A stretch of DNA of 64,000 bases from Planctomycetota bacterium (GCA_038227875.1 JBBRPR010000009.1:64001-128000); one strand, 5' to 3'; shown: positions 17,179 through 27,702, counted from the first letter of the stretch. The notes: generated from the sequence alone by a model not told the origin. Made by a program: numbers and translations.

Positions 17179-20100
17179 CTAATTCGAACTCTCAACGCGG
17201 AACGATTCGATCTTTACTTCCCCGTTCTCGTTGAGATTGTAGAGCAGGAAGTCGATGTGGCCGATGCTGGCGCGCGGCGTGAACGGCTGGTCGTAGACCT
17301 TCCAGTCGTTCTTGGCGGTCTTGAAGTCGTCCAGGTTGAGCGGGAAGCGCACATTCCGGTTCCAGCCGGGGCGGATGAAAATGGGGCGGCTTTCGTAGCC
17401 CAGCCATTCAGGTTTCGTTGAGAACAGCAGCGCGACGTTGAAGCCGTGGTTCAGCGACGAGTGAATGTCGACCACGATGGAATTGGCCGCGGCGAGATTC
17501 AGTTCAACGTTGCGCCCGGCCGCGGCCTTCATCTTGTCGCCGGACTGGAACGCGATCTTGATCGCCTTGAGCCCCGTCGCGCCGCTGGGGCCATCGACCA
17601 GCTCGAACTTCGCCGGATTGCCCCATTCCTGAATCGCCCAGACTGGATTGCCATCGTCGCCCACCGCGGCGCTGAAGGCGTCGACAATTTTTAGCGGCGG
17701 GCCATTGTAGCGATAGATTTTCTCAAACTGCGCCGCGCTCTCCGGGGGCGGCGGCATCTGCGGCGCGTCAGACCCGAGCGAATAGGCCAGCAGGTTTATG
17801 CCGAAGCGCAGCGAACCTTCGAGCATTTCGTCGGCGGTGAGGTCGGTGAGCGACGGTCGGCCGGCGATGTTGCGCGGATCGATTTCCAGACCGTCGGCGT
17901 AATCGTTGCGCGTGTAAATCAGCGCCGCGCGCGGCTTGCCGTCGCGGCCGGCGAGCGTGATGCCTTCCATGAATTCCTGACGGTACTTGTCGCCCGGCGG
18001 AACGCGGTAGCCCTTATAGCCGTGCGTCAGGTCGTAGGCGGAATGGAAAAGCGGGTGGGTCATTTCGAGTTTTTCGAGTTTCTGGCCGGGGAAGAGGCGG
18101 ACCATGTCTTTGCGCAGCGCGAGGTCGAAGCGTTCATCGCCGCTGGCGCCGGAATCGTTGAACCAGAGCGTGCCGCCATTTTCAACGTATGCGCGCATCG
18201 CGAGAAGTTCCGCGTCGCTGAACGGAATGGCGTAGTTGGCGGTAAAGAGCAGGAAGCGGCACGACGCCATGGCTTTGGGATCATCGAGCTTCACGGTCCT
18301 GACTTCGGCTTCGACGTCCGGCAGTCCGCAACGTTCGCGGAAGGCGGTGGCGAGATTGAAGAGCGCCGTCGGCGAGGAATTCCAATCGGCCGCATGCTGC
18401 GCCAGGCCGAGGTTGACGCGCAGCACCGTGCCGCCAGGAGGACCCCAGTGCGGCCGGTCGTGAGATTCTGCGCCGCTGTGGGCCAGCGCCGCGCTGGAAT
18501 TTTTGCCGCCGCGGTCGAGTGTCAATCCATCGATCGCCGCTTGAACGCTGGCCTTGCCGCCGGAGCCGCTGCCGAACCCCGAGGCGCCGTGGCCCGACCC
18601 TGTTCCTGAAGTGCCGCTGCCCGCAGGTCCGTGTCCACCGAGACCGCCGGAGCCCAGCCCGAGTCCGGCCAATTCGGTTCCGCCACCGCCGGTACCCTTG
18701 CCGTTGGTCAATCCGGAGACGCCGAGCGGTCCATTGCCGCGCGGACCGGGCGGACCTTCATCGCCGATGCCTTTGCCGTTTCCGATTCCCGTGCCGTTGC
18801 CGTGCGCCTGCGCGACGGAGCCCGCGCCCGATCCGGCGCCGAGCGGATCAGCATCGAGCGGCGCATCGCCGGGGCCGGGACGTCCGGAGCCGGAACCTGT
18901 GCCGCGACCGTTGCCGATGCTGCGCGAGGTCAAACTTTCGCCGTTGGAACCTGGCAGCCCATTGCCGAGTCCCGAGGCCACGCCGCCAGTCTGCGAACCC
19001 ATGCCCAATCCATGCCCGGAACCGCCCGACGCAATACCGATGTCGTTTCCGCCGGTGCCACGTCCGCCTAATGTGCCGATGCCGCCGGGAAGTCCGCGCG
19101 GCGAACCCGGACCGCCGTCGCCATTTCCAGAGGCGATGCCTGTTCCATTGCCGCTTCCCGCGCCCGTTCCTGCGCCGTTGCCGGCGGCAGCGGTACCCGT
19201 GCCGGAACCGTTGCCATTTCCATTTCCGCCCGTTCCAGATCCGTTGCCACCGAGATCCAATGGCGCATCGCCGATGCCGTGTCCGTTGCCAAAACCCGCG
19301 CCACCGGTTCCCGTTCCACTTCCGCCGCGTCCGGAACCGATCGCTCGACCTGCGATACCCGAGCCGTCGCCCTTTCCGCCATAGCCGTTGCCGAGTCCGC
19401 CGGGTCCGCCAAATCCGTGATTGCCCGGACCCGCGCCGCGTCCGATGCCGTCGCCGGTTCCGTTACCGCTCCCACCCAGTCCCTCGCCACTGCCCAGCCC
19501 GCGGCCGGTTCCGGTGGCGGTCGTCAGTCCGTGTCCGCCGCGCGGCAACGTGCCTTCGCCGCGCGGCAACGTGCCTTCGCCGCCCAGTCCATTCGCGCCA
19601 GCGCCGGAGATCGACGCGCCGTCTTTGCTCCCGCCTGCTCCGGAGCTGGTGGTCGTTTTGCCAGAGTTTCCGGAACTCGCGAGACCTTCGCCCAGAACCG
19701 GGCCGGCGTCGAGTGCGTCGTCATCGCCACGGCCGACGAGCAAACCGGTTTTGCGATTCGATTCGGTGCCTGCGACGGCTGATCCGCGTTCCGCTCCGCT
19801 ATCGCCCCAGGCCTTGCCGTTTTCCGGAACCACTGCGCCGCTGGTGCCGGAAATGTAGCGCGTGGCCGGTGCGGAATTTTTGATCTCGGGTCCCAGCGCC
19901 GAAGCCCCGGGATTGGAGGTCGCGGCAATCGACGTGACCGTCGCTGGCGCGGAGGGTTCGCCGAGCGTCGACTTCGCCGGCCCGCGCGTTTCGAGTTTGG
20001 GAGCATCGGGCGACGGCGCGCCAACCGTGTCCGCGATGAGCGGGATGTCGTCCATTGCCAGGGGCTGACCGTCGCCGCGGGCCGCACCAGGCGCGCCGAC

Positions 20101-23100
20101 GAGGACCACCTTTTCATCCGGGTTGCCGCCGCCGGCTTCCGTTTTCGCCGCGGCCGCCGACGAGGCTTGTTTCGTGCCCGGACCATTGCTGCCGGCGGGA
20201 AGTTCGATTTTCGAGGTCGTAAGCGGAACGTGCGCGGCAGCGGGAGCTCCGGCGGGTTCCGGCTTCGCCGCCGGGACCAGCGGTGCCACGCCGCCGGGGT
20301 CGTCGTTCATCGCCAGCGCTTCGTCGGGTCCGCCCGTGGACGGACCGCGTTCGAAAGCCGGACCGCCGCCCGCGGGGGCCGCGTCACCCGCGCCTGCTTT
20401 TTGAATCGCTGCCGCCGCAGCCGGTCCGCCGGGACCGTTGCCGCCGTCCTTCAATCCTGCCAGCGCGCCATTGGCGTTTTCTTTTCCGCCACCGAGCGCC
20501 GCCAGGCCGTCGCCGCCGCGCGGACCGGCTGCGGCAGGCGTGTCGTTGACTGCGCCGGCTGCTCCTCCATCAGCCTCTGTCGCGCCTCCGCCGTCGTCGA
20601 GCTTGGTCAGATCGATGTCCATGCCTTGCGACGCTTCGACCGAGCCAAATGAATCGTCTTTGCGGGACTGCGGGATGACGATGAAAAAGAACAAGCCAAA
20701 GTGGAGCAGTCCCGAGTACGCGGCGACGCGCACCCAGCGGCGCTTGACCAGTTTGCGCACGAAGACCGCGCAGATCATCAGTGGGATAATGATCAGCAGT
20801 GTCCACCAGTCGAAGCCTTCGGTGTGCGGCGTCGGCGTCGCGCTGATCCGGTGCGAGTGGACGACCGTGGCGTGAATTGTCTGCCGTTCCGAGCCGCTCT
20901 CCACGACGATCAAAGTCTGGTCGCCGTCCTCCGAATCGGTGAGCGCGCGGATGTGGAATTTCGCCTCGCCGCGTCCCGGCAACACGAACGATTTTTCCGG
21001 AGCGGCTTCGGCGTCGCGGATCAATTCGGCGCTGATATGCGCCATCCCGGCGGTCGGCTCGCAGTGCGCGCGGATCGGCAGCGGTTCGTCGGACTGCGAA
21101 AAGACCGTCACGGTCACCGGCTTGTCCGGCTGGCCGTCGTAGACATTCAAGACGACTTCAATCGGCGTGACGTGAAACGGCGGCAGCGGAATCGGGTAGA
21201 CGACCTGGAACGCGACTGGAATCTCCACCGCGCCCAGCCGCGAGACGACTTTCACGCTGGTCTTGTAGATGCCATCCTGCGCCGAATCTGGCACGCGCAG
21301 TTCCAGCGCGACCTCCGCGTCGCCGCCGGGCTGCAGCGTTGTGGCGCGCGTCAGAATTTTCAGCGCGTCTTCAGCGAGATGGATGGTGCGGACGAGCGGC
21401 TTGGTGGGCGGCGCTTCGATCGCGGCGATCAGCGACGTTGGGCGCACTCCCTTAAAGGTAGCGCGAAAGGCGAGCTTGCGCGTCTGCCCGGGGAATATCG
21501 ATCCGAAATCAAGCGCGGTGGCCGAGAGATTCAATTCCGGCTGAACGACATTGGCCGTCCAGCGCACAGCCGCGTCGGCAGCGTTTCCGTGGAGCGTGAT
21601 GGTTCCCGATGTCGAGCCGGCTGGAGCGTCGGCGGGAAGTTTGAGCGCGACCCGCGCATCGTTGGGCTTGGATGCATCGACGATGACATTCGACGCGGCG
21701 GAATTCACACGGACGGACTGCGCGTCGCCCCCGCCAAGTTTCCACGACAACGTTTGCGCGGCCGCGTCACCGGGTTCGAGTTGCCCGAAGTTGAGATCGC
21801 CGCCGAGTTCGAACCACTGCGGCTGAACGTCGACGCGGACCAGAACGCGGCCGAGTTCCCGCCCGCTGCCACGCAGCACGACTTCGCGCTCCAACGTTCC
21901 GGCGCGGCATTCGGGACTTACGGTAAAGGTGAAGTTGGCCGCTTGACGGTGTTCATCGAGAACGAACGGTTCCGGAGCAGCGGTCAGTTTCAGGAGCTCG
22001 GATCGGGGCACGCTCAGCGGTGCCGCATGCCCGCGGGGCAACCGCAGCAGCGAGGTCCAGTACGCGCAGTCGTTCAGTTCCACGCCAGCCAGCCGCGTCC
22101 GGCCACCGCGCGTGGCGAGTGGCAGCGACGCCTGGATTTGCGCACCGGGCGCGACGGATCCGAGATCGAGCAGCGCAAAGCGGTTCAGCGCGAGTTCCGG
22201 CAACTTCACGCGCACATGCCACGGTACGCTGGCCGTGACCTTCGGCGCCTGTTTTTCGCCGTCGAGTTCCAGTTCGATCAGCCCGCCGTACGAGCCGGGC
22301 CCGAGCTCATCGGGAAGCGTGAGTTGCAGCGGCAGCGTTGCCGCTTCGCGGCTGGGGAGCGCGTGTCTGTCGTCGAGCAGGACAAGTTGCTTGGAAAGGT
22401 CGGTCATGTTCGCCGCAGTTTTCGACGTGAAGCGATAATTGCCGCCGGCGCCGCGCACACGGACGAGCAACTCGCCACTCACGCGTTCGCCGGCGAAATG
22501 AGTACCGAGATCCAGCGCGTGCGGCACGACCAGCCCGCGCGCGCTGCCGCGGACGAGCGTCCAATGCGCGCGGACTTCGCGGCGGAAATCTTCGCCCACG
22601 GCGCGCTTTCCCGACACTGTAGCCGTAATCACGCCGGTGGTCCCGACAGGCAAATCAAGCCCCGCGAGTTTGGCGACGAAGCCGGCGTAAATTCCATCGC
22701 CGGCCGTGCCGTCTTCGTGTGTGCCGTCGTCGAAGAGTATGGCGGCGAGTCGCTCGGAACGGTCGGCGATCTCCAGCGAGACGTCGACGGTGGCTCCGGC
22801 CAGCGGCGTCGCGCCGTCGGTCAGCGAAAGTCCGATGCGCGGGTCGTCGGGATCGATTTCGACGGTGCCGGTGGCGTCGGTCGCGGCGCGGAAGAAGAGC
22901 GGGTAGAGCGAGGTGTGCGCGGAGGCTTCCAATCGCGCGGATGCACCGGCCGGCCACTGTGCGGTCCACGCGCCGGGCGGCGGCGAAATCTTGTGAAAGA
23001 CGGGGTGTTCGGCGGCGCTGGTGGTCTCGGTTTCGCCCTTTGGCGACTTTACCGTCAGTGTGCCGCTGGATTCCGACGAGACGGACGCGACCAGTGTGCG

Positions 23101-24153
23101 GCAGGTGCTGTCGGTCGGAAAAACAAGCGCGCGGGGCGCGGCAGCGGGGAACGGGCCGGAGAAAATCGTCCGCCCTCCGGCGATGCCCGCAGCGATCGCG
23201 CCGTAAATGCGGATCAGTTCGCCGCCGCTGGCCGCAGCGGAGAACGTGCCGCCCGTATCGTCGGCGATGCGCTGCAGCAGATCGCGATCGGCATCCGGTC
23301 CCAGCGCAACGGTGTGGATGGGAATGCCCGCCGCGCGCGCCAGGCGATGCGCGTCGCCGTAGATGCCGGGTTCCTGCACGCCGTCGGTGAGCAGCACGAT
23401 CGCGCCGGTGCCGGAGCCCTTCCCGGGACCGTGGAGCATCTCCACGGCCTTGCGGATGCTGCCGTCGATATCTGTGAAACCATCGGCCGTGATGGCTTTG
23501 AGCGCGCGTTGAAATTTGTCGTCGTCGCTGATCGGTGTGAGCGGGAGCAATTCATGAACCTGCGAGGCGAACTGGATAATACCGATGCTGCCGATGCCGC
23601 CGGACGTTTTTCCCGTCGCGATAAAGCGCCGAGCCGCTTCGATGCGCGACTTTTCCGGATCGGACGTCGTCATCGAGCCAGATCCGTCGAGCAGCAGTAC
23701 CACGCTGGGTAGTCCAGTACGGAACGAGACGGCTTTGCTCAGCCGCGTTTCGCCGGCTTCGTTGCCTCCCGGGAACGACCAGCGCAGCAGAATGTCGTAC
23801 GCCTGCTCGTCGTCCTTCTTGAGCGACGTGAGTCCGCGCAGATGCGCGATGAATTCATTGGCGCGCGTCGGAGAGGGCCAGATCAGCGCGCGCGCCGACT
23901 CCGGAGCGTCGGTCTTTGGCGCCGGCTGTCCCGGTTCGATCAACCACGCTCGGAGCTGCGGCAACACGCCTTGCGCGCCGTCCGTTTTCAAATTCGGCTT
24001 GAGGATCAGTTCCAGCGCATCGTCCTGCCCGAGCACGACCGTCCCGCTGCCGGGAAGCGTAATTTCGTCCGCGCAGAACGCGTGAACGCAGCAAAGCACC
24101 GACGCGAGCGCCACGAGACGCAGCAGGACTGTCGCTGGGGTTCGTTGCGCCAT
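17179..24153 (-). CDS. Giant VWA / Ig-like / TM / Gly-rich / DUF4159 multidomain protein
   Basis: Signal peptide; VWA MIDAS DGSGS..T..D; LFDDGTHEDGTAGDGIY; repeated LDFG/LDLG Ig-like units; two TMs; Gly-rich tract; DWN...LEKLEMTHPLFHS...RFGINLLAYSL (DUF4159-like). Confidence 0.85.
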   Translation of the reverse strand: MAQRTPATVLLRLVALASVLCCVHAFCADEITLPGSGTVVLGQDDALELILKPNLKTDGAQGVLPQLRAWLIEPGQPAPKTDAPESARALIWPSPTRANEFIAHLRGLTSLKKDDEQAYDILLRWSFPGGNEAGETRLSKAVSFRTGLPSVVLLLDGSGSMTTSDPEKSRIEAARRFIATGKTSGGIGSIGIIQFASQVHELLPLTPISDDDKFQRALKAITADGFTDIDGSIRKAVEMLHGPGKGSGTGAIVLLTDGVQEPGIYGDAHRLARAAGIPIHTVALGPDADRDLLQRIADDTGGTFSAAASGGELIRIYGAIAAGIAGGRTIFSGPFPAAAPRALVFPTDSTCRTLVASVSSESSGTLTVKSPKGETETTSAAEHPVFHKISPPPGAWTAQWPAGASARLEASAHTSLYPLFFRAATDATGTVEIDPDDPRIGLSLTDGATPLAGATVDVSLEIADRSERLAAILFDDGTHEDGTAGDGIYAGFVAKLAGLDLPVGTTGVITATVSGKRAVGEDFRREVRAHWTLVRGSARGLVVPHALDLGTHFAGERVSGELLVRVRGAGGNYRFTSKTAANMTDLSKQLVLLDDRHALPSREAATLPLQLTLPDELGPGSYGGLIELELDGEKQAPKVTASVPWHVRVKLPELALNRFALLDLGSVAPGAQIQASLPLATRGGRTRLAGVELNDCAYWTSLLRLPRGHAAPLSVPRSELLKLTAAPEPFVLDEHRQAANFTFTVSPECRAGTLEREVVLRGSGRELGRVLVRVDVQPQWFELGGDLNFGQLEPGDAAAQTLSWKLGGGDAQSVRVNSAASNVIVDASKPNDARVALKLPADAPAGSTSGTITLHGNAADAAVRWTANVVQPELNLSATALDFGSIFPGQTRKLAFRATFKGVRPTSLIAAIEAPPTKPLVRTIHLAEDALKILTRATTLQPGGDAEVALELRVPDSAQDGIYKTSVKVVSRLGAVEIPVAFQVVYPIPLPPFHVTPIEVVLNVYDGQPDKPVTVTVFSQSDEPLPIRAHCEPTAGMAHISAELIRDAEAAPEKSFVLPGRGEAKFHIRALTDSEDGDQTLIVVESGSERQTIHATVVHSHRISATPTPHTEGFDWWTLLIIIPLMICAVFVRKLVKRRWVRVAAYSGLLHFGLFFFIVIPQSRKDDSFGSVEASQGMDIDLTKLDDGGGATEADGGAAGAVNDTPAAAGPRGGDGLAALGGGKENANGALAGLKDGGNGPGGPAAAAAIQKAGAGDAAPAGGGPAFERGPSTGGPDEALAMNDDPGGVAPLVPAAKPEPAGAPAAAHVPLTTSKIELPAGSNGPGTKQASSAAAAKTEAGGGNPDEKVVLVGAPGAARGDGQPLAMDDIPLIADTVGAPSPDAPKLETRGPAKSTLGEPSAPATVTSIAATSNPGASALGPEIKNSAPATRYISGTSGAVVPENGKAWGDSGAERGSAVAGTESNRKTGLLVGRGDDDALDAGPVLGEGLASSGNSGKTTTSSGAGGSKDGASISGAGANGLGGEGTLPRGEGTLPRGGHGLTTATGTGRGLGSGEGLGGSGNGTGDGIGRGAGPGNHGFGGPGGLGNGYGGKGDGSGIAGRAIGSGRGGSGTGTGGAGFGNGHGIGDAPLDLGGNGSGTGGNGNGNGSGTGTAAAGNGAGTGAGSGNGTGIASGNGDGGPGSPRGLPGGIGTLGGRGTGGNDIGIASGGSGHGLGMGSQTGGVASGLGNGLPGSNGESLTSRSIGNGRGTGSGSGRPGPGDAPLDADPLGAGSGAGSVAQAHGNGTGIGNGKGIGDEGPPGPRGNGPLGVSGLTNGKGTGGGGTELAGLGLGSGGLGGHGPAGSGTSGTGSGHGASGFGSGSGGKASVQAAIDGLTLDRGGKNSSAALAHSGAESHDRPHWGPPGGTVLRVNLGLAQHAADWNSSPTALFNLATAFRERCGLPDVEAEVRTVKLDDPKAMASCRFLLFTANYAIPFSDAELLAMRAYVENGGTLWFNDSGASGDERFDLALRKDMVRLFPGQKLEKLEMTHPLFHSAYDLTHGYKGYRVPPGDKYRQEFMEGITLAGRDGKPRAALIYTRNDYADGLEIDPRNIAGRPSLTDLTADEMLEGSLRFGINLLAYSLGSDAPQMPPPPESAAQFEKIYRYNGPPLKIVDAFSAAVGDDGNPVWAIQEWGNPAKFELVDGPSGATGLKAIKIAFQSGDKMKAAAGRNVELNLAAANSIVVDIHSSLNHGFNVALLFSTKPEWLGYESRPIFIRPGWNRNVRFPLNLDDFKTAKNDWKVYDQPFTPRASIGHIDFLLYNLNENGEVKIESFRVESSN
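19536..19577. repeat. Exact 21-bp in-frame tandem duplication (GEGTLPR x2)
   Basis: cgccgcgcggcaacgtgcctt x2. Confidence 0.85.
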
Positions 24154-24193
24154 ACGGGTCTCGCTACTTTTCGTTACAGATGCATCCGGTGCT

Positions 24194-24228
24194 CATTCGA
24201 CATTCGACATTCGTCACTCGACATTCAA
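24194..24228. repeat. CATTCGA heptamer array (solo arm)
   Basis: cattcga cattcga cattcgt cactcga cattcaa next to the TPR gene stop. Confidence 0.85.
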
Positions 24229-24229
24229 C

Positions 24230-27200
24230 TCAGTCCTTCTTTTCCGCCACGGGCGCACCCAGCACCTTTAAGCGCTCGCGGGCCACTTCGGCGCGGTCGC
24301 TCTGCGGGCGGTCGGAGACGACCTTACGGTAGTAGCCGATCGCCTGGCTCGGATCGTTCATCGCTTCGCTGGCTTTGGCGCAGAGCATCAAGGCCTGGTC
24401 GAGCAGCTTCGATTCGCCGCGATCGATGACGATGCGCAGCGCGAGCTTCTTGGCCTCCTCGGGCTTCTTGGCATCGAGCGCGATCTGCGCGAGTCCGATC
24501 ACGGCGCGTTCGCCGATGTCGTCGAGTTCCGCCTCGAGGCCCTTCTCGCCGAGCGCATTCATGTACGCGTCGCGCGCGGCGTCGGGCTTCTGTTCGCGCA
24601 GGCGGCATTCGGCGATGCCGCAGTACGCATCGCGCGCGCTTTCACCGTTGGGAAATTGCTTGAGGTACTGCTCGAACGCTTTCGCCGCTTCCGGGGCTCG
24701 ACCGGCTTTCAACTGCGTGTCGGCGCTGGCCAGCAGCGCTTTTTCGGCAAACGGCGCCGCGGGTTGTTTGTCGAGGAGTTCCTTCCAGAGACCCAGCGCG
24801 CCATCGAGATTGTTGGAGTCGGCCAGGATTTTGGCGCGGTGGTATCGCGCTTCCGCGGAGAACGGGCCGGTGGGGTCGAGCTTGATCAGTTCGTCAAATG
24901 TGCCGTCGGCTTTCTTGAGCTCGTTGGTGCGGCGGTAGCACCAGGCCATGTTCAACCACGCGGCAGAGAGCGCCGGCGTCGGGATCGGCGGATCTTTGAT
25001 CTGCGCGGCGGCGTCGAGCGCCTTGCGGTAGCTGGCGGCGGCCTCGGCGTGTTTGCCGGCTTCGTAGAGCAGATTGCCCAGTTGGAAGGGCACTTCGAAC
25101 GCCGCCGGACCCGTCAGTGCCAGCTTGGCGATCTTTTCGAACTGCGCCTGAGCTCCGGCGATGTCTTTGAGCTCCTTCGCGCTCGCGGCGATGAGGATCG
25201 CTGCTTCCAGTTCGGCAGCGTCGGATGCGTTCAGTTCCTTCGTGCCGATAAAGTCGCTCAGATCTTTCTTCGCTTCCTCAAAGTGCTTCGTATTGAAGCG
25301 CAGCTTGCCGCGTCGCAACAGCCCGATGCGCACTTCCGGCGCGTCGGCGGGACCGGCCGCGATGAGATCGGAGTACGCCTTCTCAGCGTCGCCTTCCTTA
25401 CCAGTCGCAGCTTCGAGGCAGAGTCCCCTCACGACGTATGCAGCGGTGGTGTGTTCCTTGGTTTTGTCCGCGCGCTTGAGCAGCGCGTCGACATCCGCCA
25501 GCGCTTCGGCGGTCTTGCCGAGGGTGAAGCGCATCCGTGCGCGCAGCAATAACGCATCGGGGATGAGCGTGGGATCGGCGCCGGTGGCGCCTGGCGGCGG
25601 CGGATTGTCGAGCAGCTTGTCGAGGAATGTCAGCGCTTCGGCTGGCTTGGTCTTGCTCAGCATCTGCGCCGCTTCAAAATTCGCGTGCGCGGCGAAGGTT
25701 GAGCCCGCGGCTTCTTTCAGCAGCGTCGTGTAGTCGGCCAGCGCCTTCGCCGATTCGCCGGCATCGTTCGATTTCGCAGAGCCATCCAATCGCGCGCGGC
25801 CGCGCAGGTAGAGCATCTCCGCGCGGAGATCTGCGGCCGGGGCGGGCGTCGCAGCCAGCGCTTTATCCAGCTGCGCGATCGCGCCGGGAAAATCCTTCGC
25901 CGCATGCCGGCACCATGCCAGGCGCAGTGCGACGAGGTCCAGCTGCATTTTCGCGGGTTCAGCTTTCACGGCGGGAAGTTCGCTGTACTGCTTGAGCAGC
26001 GCTTCGGCCGGTTCGTATTGATTGGCGCGGAACGCGTAGTCGGCGGCGGCGAAGAGCGCTTTGCGGCGCAGCTCGGCGCGTTCGGTCTGAATCGCCGGCG
26101 TCGCGTTGGCTGGCGCTTCGTCGAGTTGCTTAAGCAGCGCTTGCGTCTGCGCGAGCGCTTCGGGCAGCTTGTTGGACTGCGCCTGCAAAAATGCGAGCTG
26201 ATACCGCGCGGGCAACGCGAAGCGCGACGCTCCGTAGTCCTTCACGATGGTCTCGTAATACTGCTGCCCGGCGGGGCCGGAGAGATCGGCGAGCAGAATC
26301 AGCGCGGCGGCGCGCTGTTCGGCGTACTCGGGCGCATTGGAGCCCAGCGCTTCGGCTTCCTTCAACGCAGCCTGCGCGGCGGCGAGCGCGGCGTCGTTCT
26401 GCTTTTGCGCGGCGAGCGTGCGGGCCTTGATGCGCGCGACGAGCGGCCGGTCGGAACCTTTCGGAAACGACGCGAGGTAGACGCTGGCGAGTTCGCCGGC
26501 TTCCGCGTTCTGGCCCTGGTCTTCGAGCAGGCTTACGCCTTGGAGCACGGCCGTTGGCGTATCGGGATGGTCGGGGTAACCCTGCGCGAGCGCCTTGTAC
26601 GCAGCGATGGCCTTGGCGGTGTCTTTCGCATGCAGCAGAAATTCAGCGCGCCAGAGCGTTACGTCGCGGGCCTGATCCTTGCCACCGGTGAGGCCGGCGA
26701 CCTTATCGAGCGCGCTGAGCGCGTCCGCGGGCTTGCCGAGCTGATCGAGCGTACGCGCGAGCATCAGTTCGCTTTCCGCGGCTTTCGGATGTTCCGGCGT
26801 CTGCGCGGTGACGGAGAAATTCGCGGCGGCGTCTTCGTACGCCTTCGTGTCGAACGCGACCCAGCCCAGTCCTTCGGAGGCATCCGGAATCAATTCCGAC
26901 TTCGGAAATTCGCGCTTTAAGCGATCCCAGTAGGTCTTGGCCTGATCGAATTTCTTCAAGCCGTACGCGCTATCGCCGGCGTAGTAGAGCACCGATTCAA
27001 AGAGCTTCGGCAGCGACGGCGGCGCATCGGCCTTGCCCAGGCGCGACTGGTTTTCGCGTAGAAAGATTTCGCCGCACTCGACGCTCTTGGGGAACTCTTT
27101 GAGGTACCAATGAACCTTGACCGCACGTTGGAGCGCGTCGATGCGGCGCGGAGAGGCCGGGAAGTCGGCCAGGAACTTGTCGAGATCGCGGGCGGCCCGG

Positions 27201-27448
27201 GCGTAGTCCTTGAGCTGGTATTCGCTTTCGGCCAGCAGGAGCCGGGCCTGTTCGGCGCGTTCGGACTTGGGGTAATTATCGAGGTACTTCGCCAGTTCTT
27301 CGGACGCAAATTTGTATTCGTGGAGCGTGTAAAGATGCTGCGCGTGCTTGAAATCCGCATCTTCGCTCGCGGCAAACACCCGGCCGGCCGCCGGCCCCAG
27401 GACAACCCAAACCACTCCGATCGCGACCAGCTGGACGGTTCGATTCAC
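24230..27448 (-). CDS. Large exported tetratricopeptide-repeat protein
   Basis: Many TPR units (YLDNYPKS, FLADFPAS, YLKQFPNG); GTG start at 27448 with GGAGG RBS, then a signal peptide. Confidence 0.9.
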   Translation of the reverse strand: MNRTVQLVAIGVVWVVLGPAAGRVFAASEDADFKHAQHLYTLHEYKFASEELAKYLDNYPKSERAEQARLLLAESEYQLKDYARAARDLDKFLADFPASPRRIDALQRAVKVHWYLKEFPKSVECGEIFLRENQSRLGKADAPPSLPKLFESVLYYAGDSAYGLKKFDQAKTYWDRLKREFPKSELIPDASEGLGWVAFDTKAYEDAAANFSVTAQTPEHPKAAESELMLARTLDQLGKPADALSALDKVAGLTGGKDQARDVTLWRAEFLLHAKDTAKAIAAYKALAQGYPDHPDTPTAVLQGVSLLEDQGQNAEAGELASVYLASFPKGSDRPLVARIKARTLAAQKQNDAALAAAQAALKEAEALGSNAPEYAEQRAAALILLADLSGPAGQQYYETIVKDYGASRFALPARYQLAFLQAQSNKLPEALAQTQALLKQLDEAPANATPAIQTERAELRRKALFAAADYAFRANQYEPAEALLKQYSELPAVKAEPAKMQLDLVALRLAWCRHAAKDFPGAIAQLDKALAATPAPAADLRAEMLYLRGRARLDGSAKSNDAGESAKALADYTTLLKEAAGSTFAAHANFEAAQMLSKTKPAEALTFLDKLLDNPPPPGATGADPTLIPDALLLRARMRFTLGKTAEALADVDALLKRADKTKEHTTAAYVVRGLCLEAATGKEGDAEKAYSDLIAAGPADAPEVRIGLLRRGKLRFNTKHFEEAKKDLSDFIGTKELNASDAAELEAAILIAASAKELKDIAGAQAQFEKIAKLALTGPAAFEVPFQLGNLLYEAGKHAEAAASYRKALDAAAQIKDPPIPTPALSAAWLNMAWCYRRTNELKKADGTFDELIKLDPTGPFSAEARYHRAKILADSNNLDGALGLWKELLDKQPAAPFAEKALLASADTQLKAGRAPEAAKAFEQYLKQFPNGESARDAYCGIAECRLREQKPDAARDAYMNALGEKGLEAELDDIGERAVIGLAQIALDAKKPEEAKKLALRIVIDRGESKLLDQALMLCAKASEAMNDPSQAIGYYRKVVSDRPQSDRAEVARERLKVLGAPVAEKKD

Positions 27449-27589
27449 GCAATTGCCTCCGGCCCCAGAGCTTTCCCTAATATGTATACCGCTATCTCGG
27501 CGCAACGTTGCGCGAAATCGGGGTTCGTACCTTATATAGGAAGACGCCGCGAAACGGAGTGTCACGATGGAAACTTACTGCGGCGGAGC

Positions 27590-27702
27590 ACCCTAGGACC
27601 GAATTCGTCCTAGGGTACCCAGTGGTGGATTATAACCATAGAGACTACAGTCTCTATGGTCAGGCAAATTTGCCTGACCCTGGCGACCCTTGTCGCTAGG
27701 GT
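27590..27702. repeat. Cluster of four near-adjacent hairpins/palindromes
   Basis: accctaggac/gtcctagggt (27590-27616); accatagagact/agtctctatggt (27635-27660); ggtcaggcaaatttgcctgacc (27658-27679); accctggcgac/gtcgctagggt (27677-27702). Confidence 0.85.

Noticed and set aside
18500..19900. Pro-rich and Arg-rich plus-strand ORFs / collagen-like protein
   Set aside because: Antisense of the Gly-rich linker; the linker lacks strict G-X-Y periodicity.
20701..23712. 1003-aa plus-strand ORF (also 29807-31837 +, 41221-43752 -, 48259-49869 +, 51081-52814 -, 59552-61477 +)
   Set aside because: Antisense shadows of well-supported genes in high-GC DNA; Arg-rich with no recognisable motifs.
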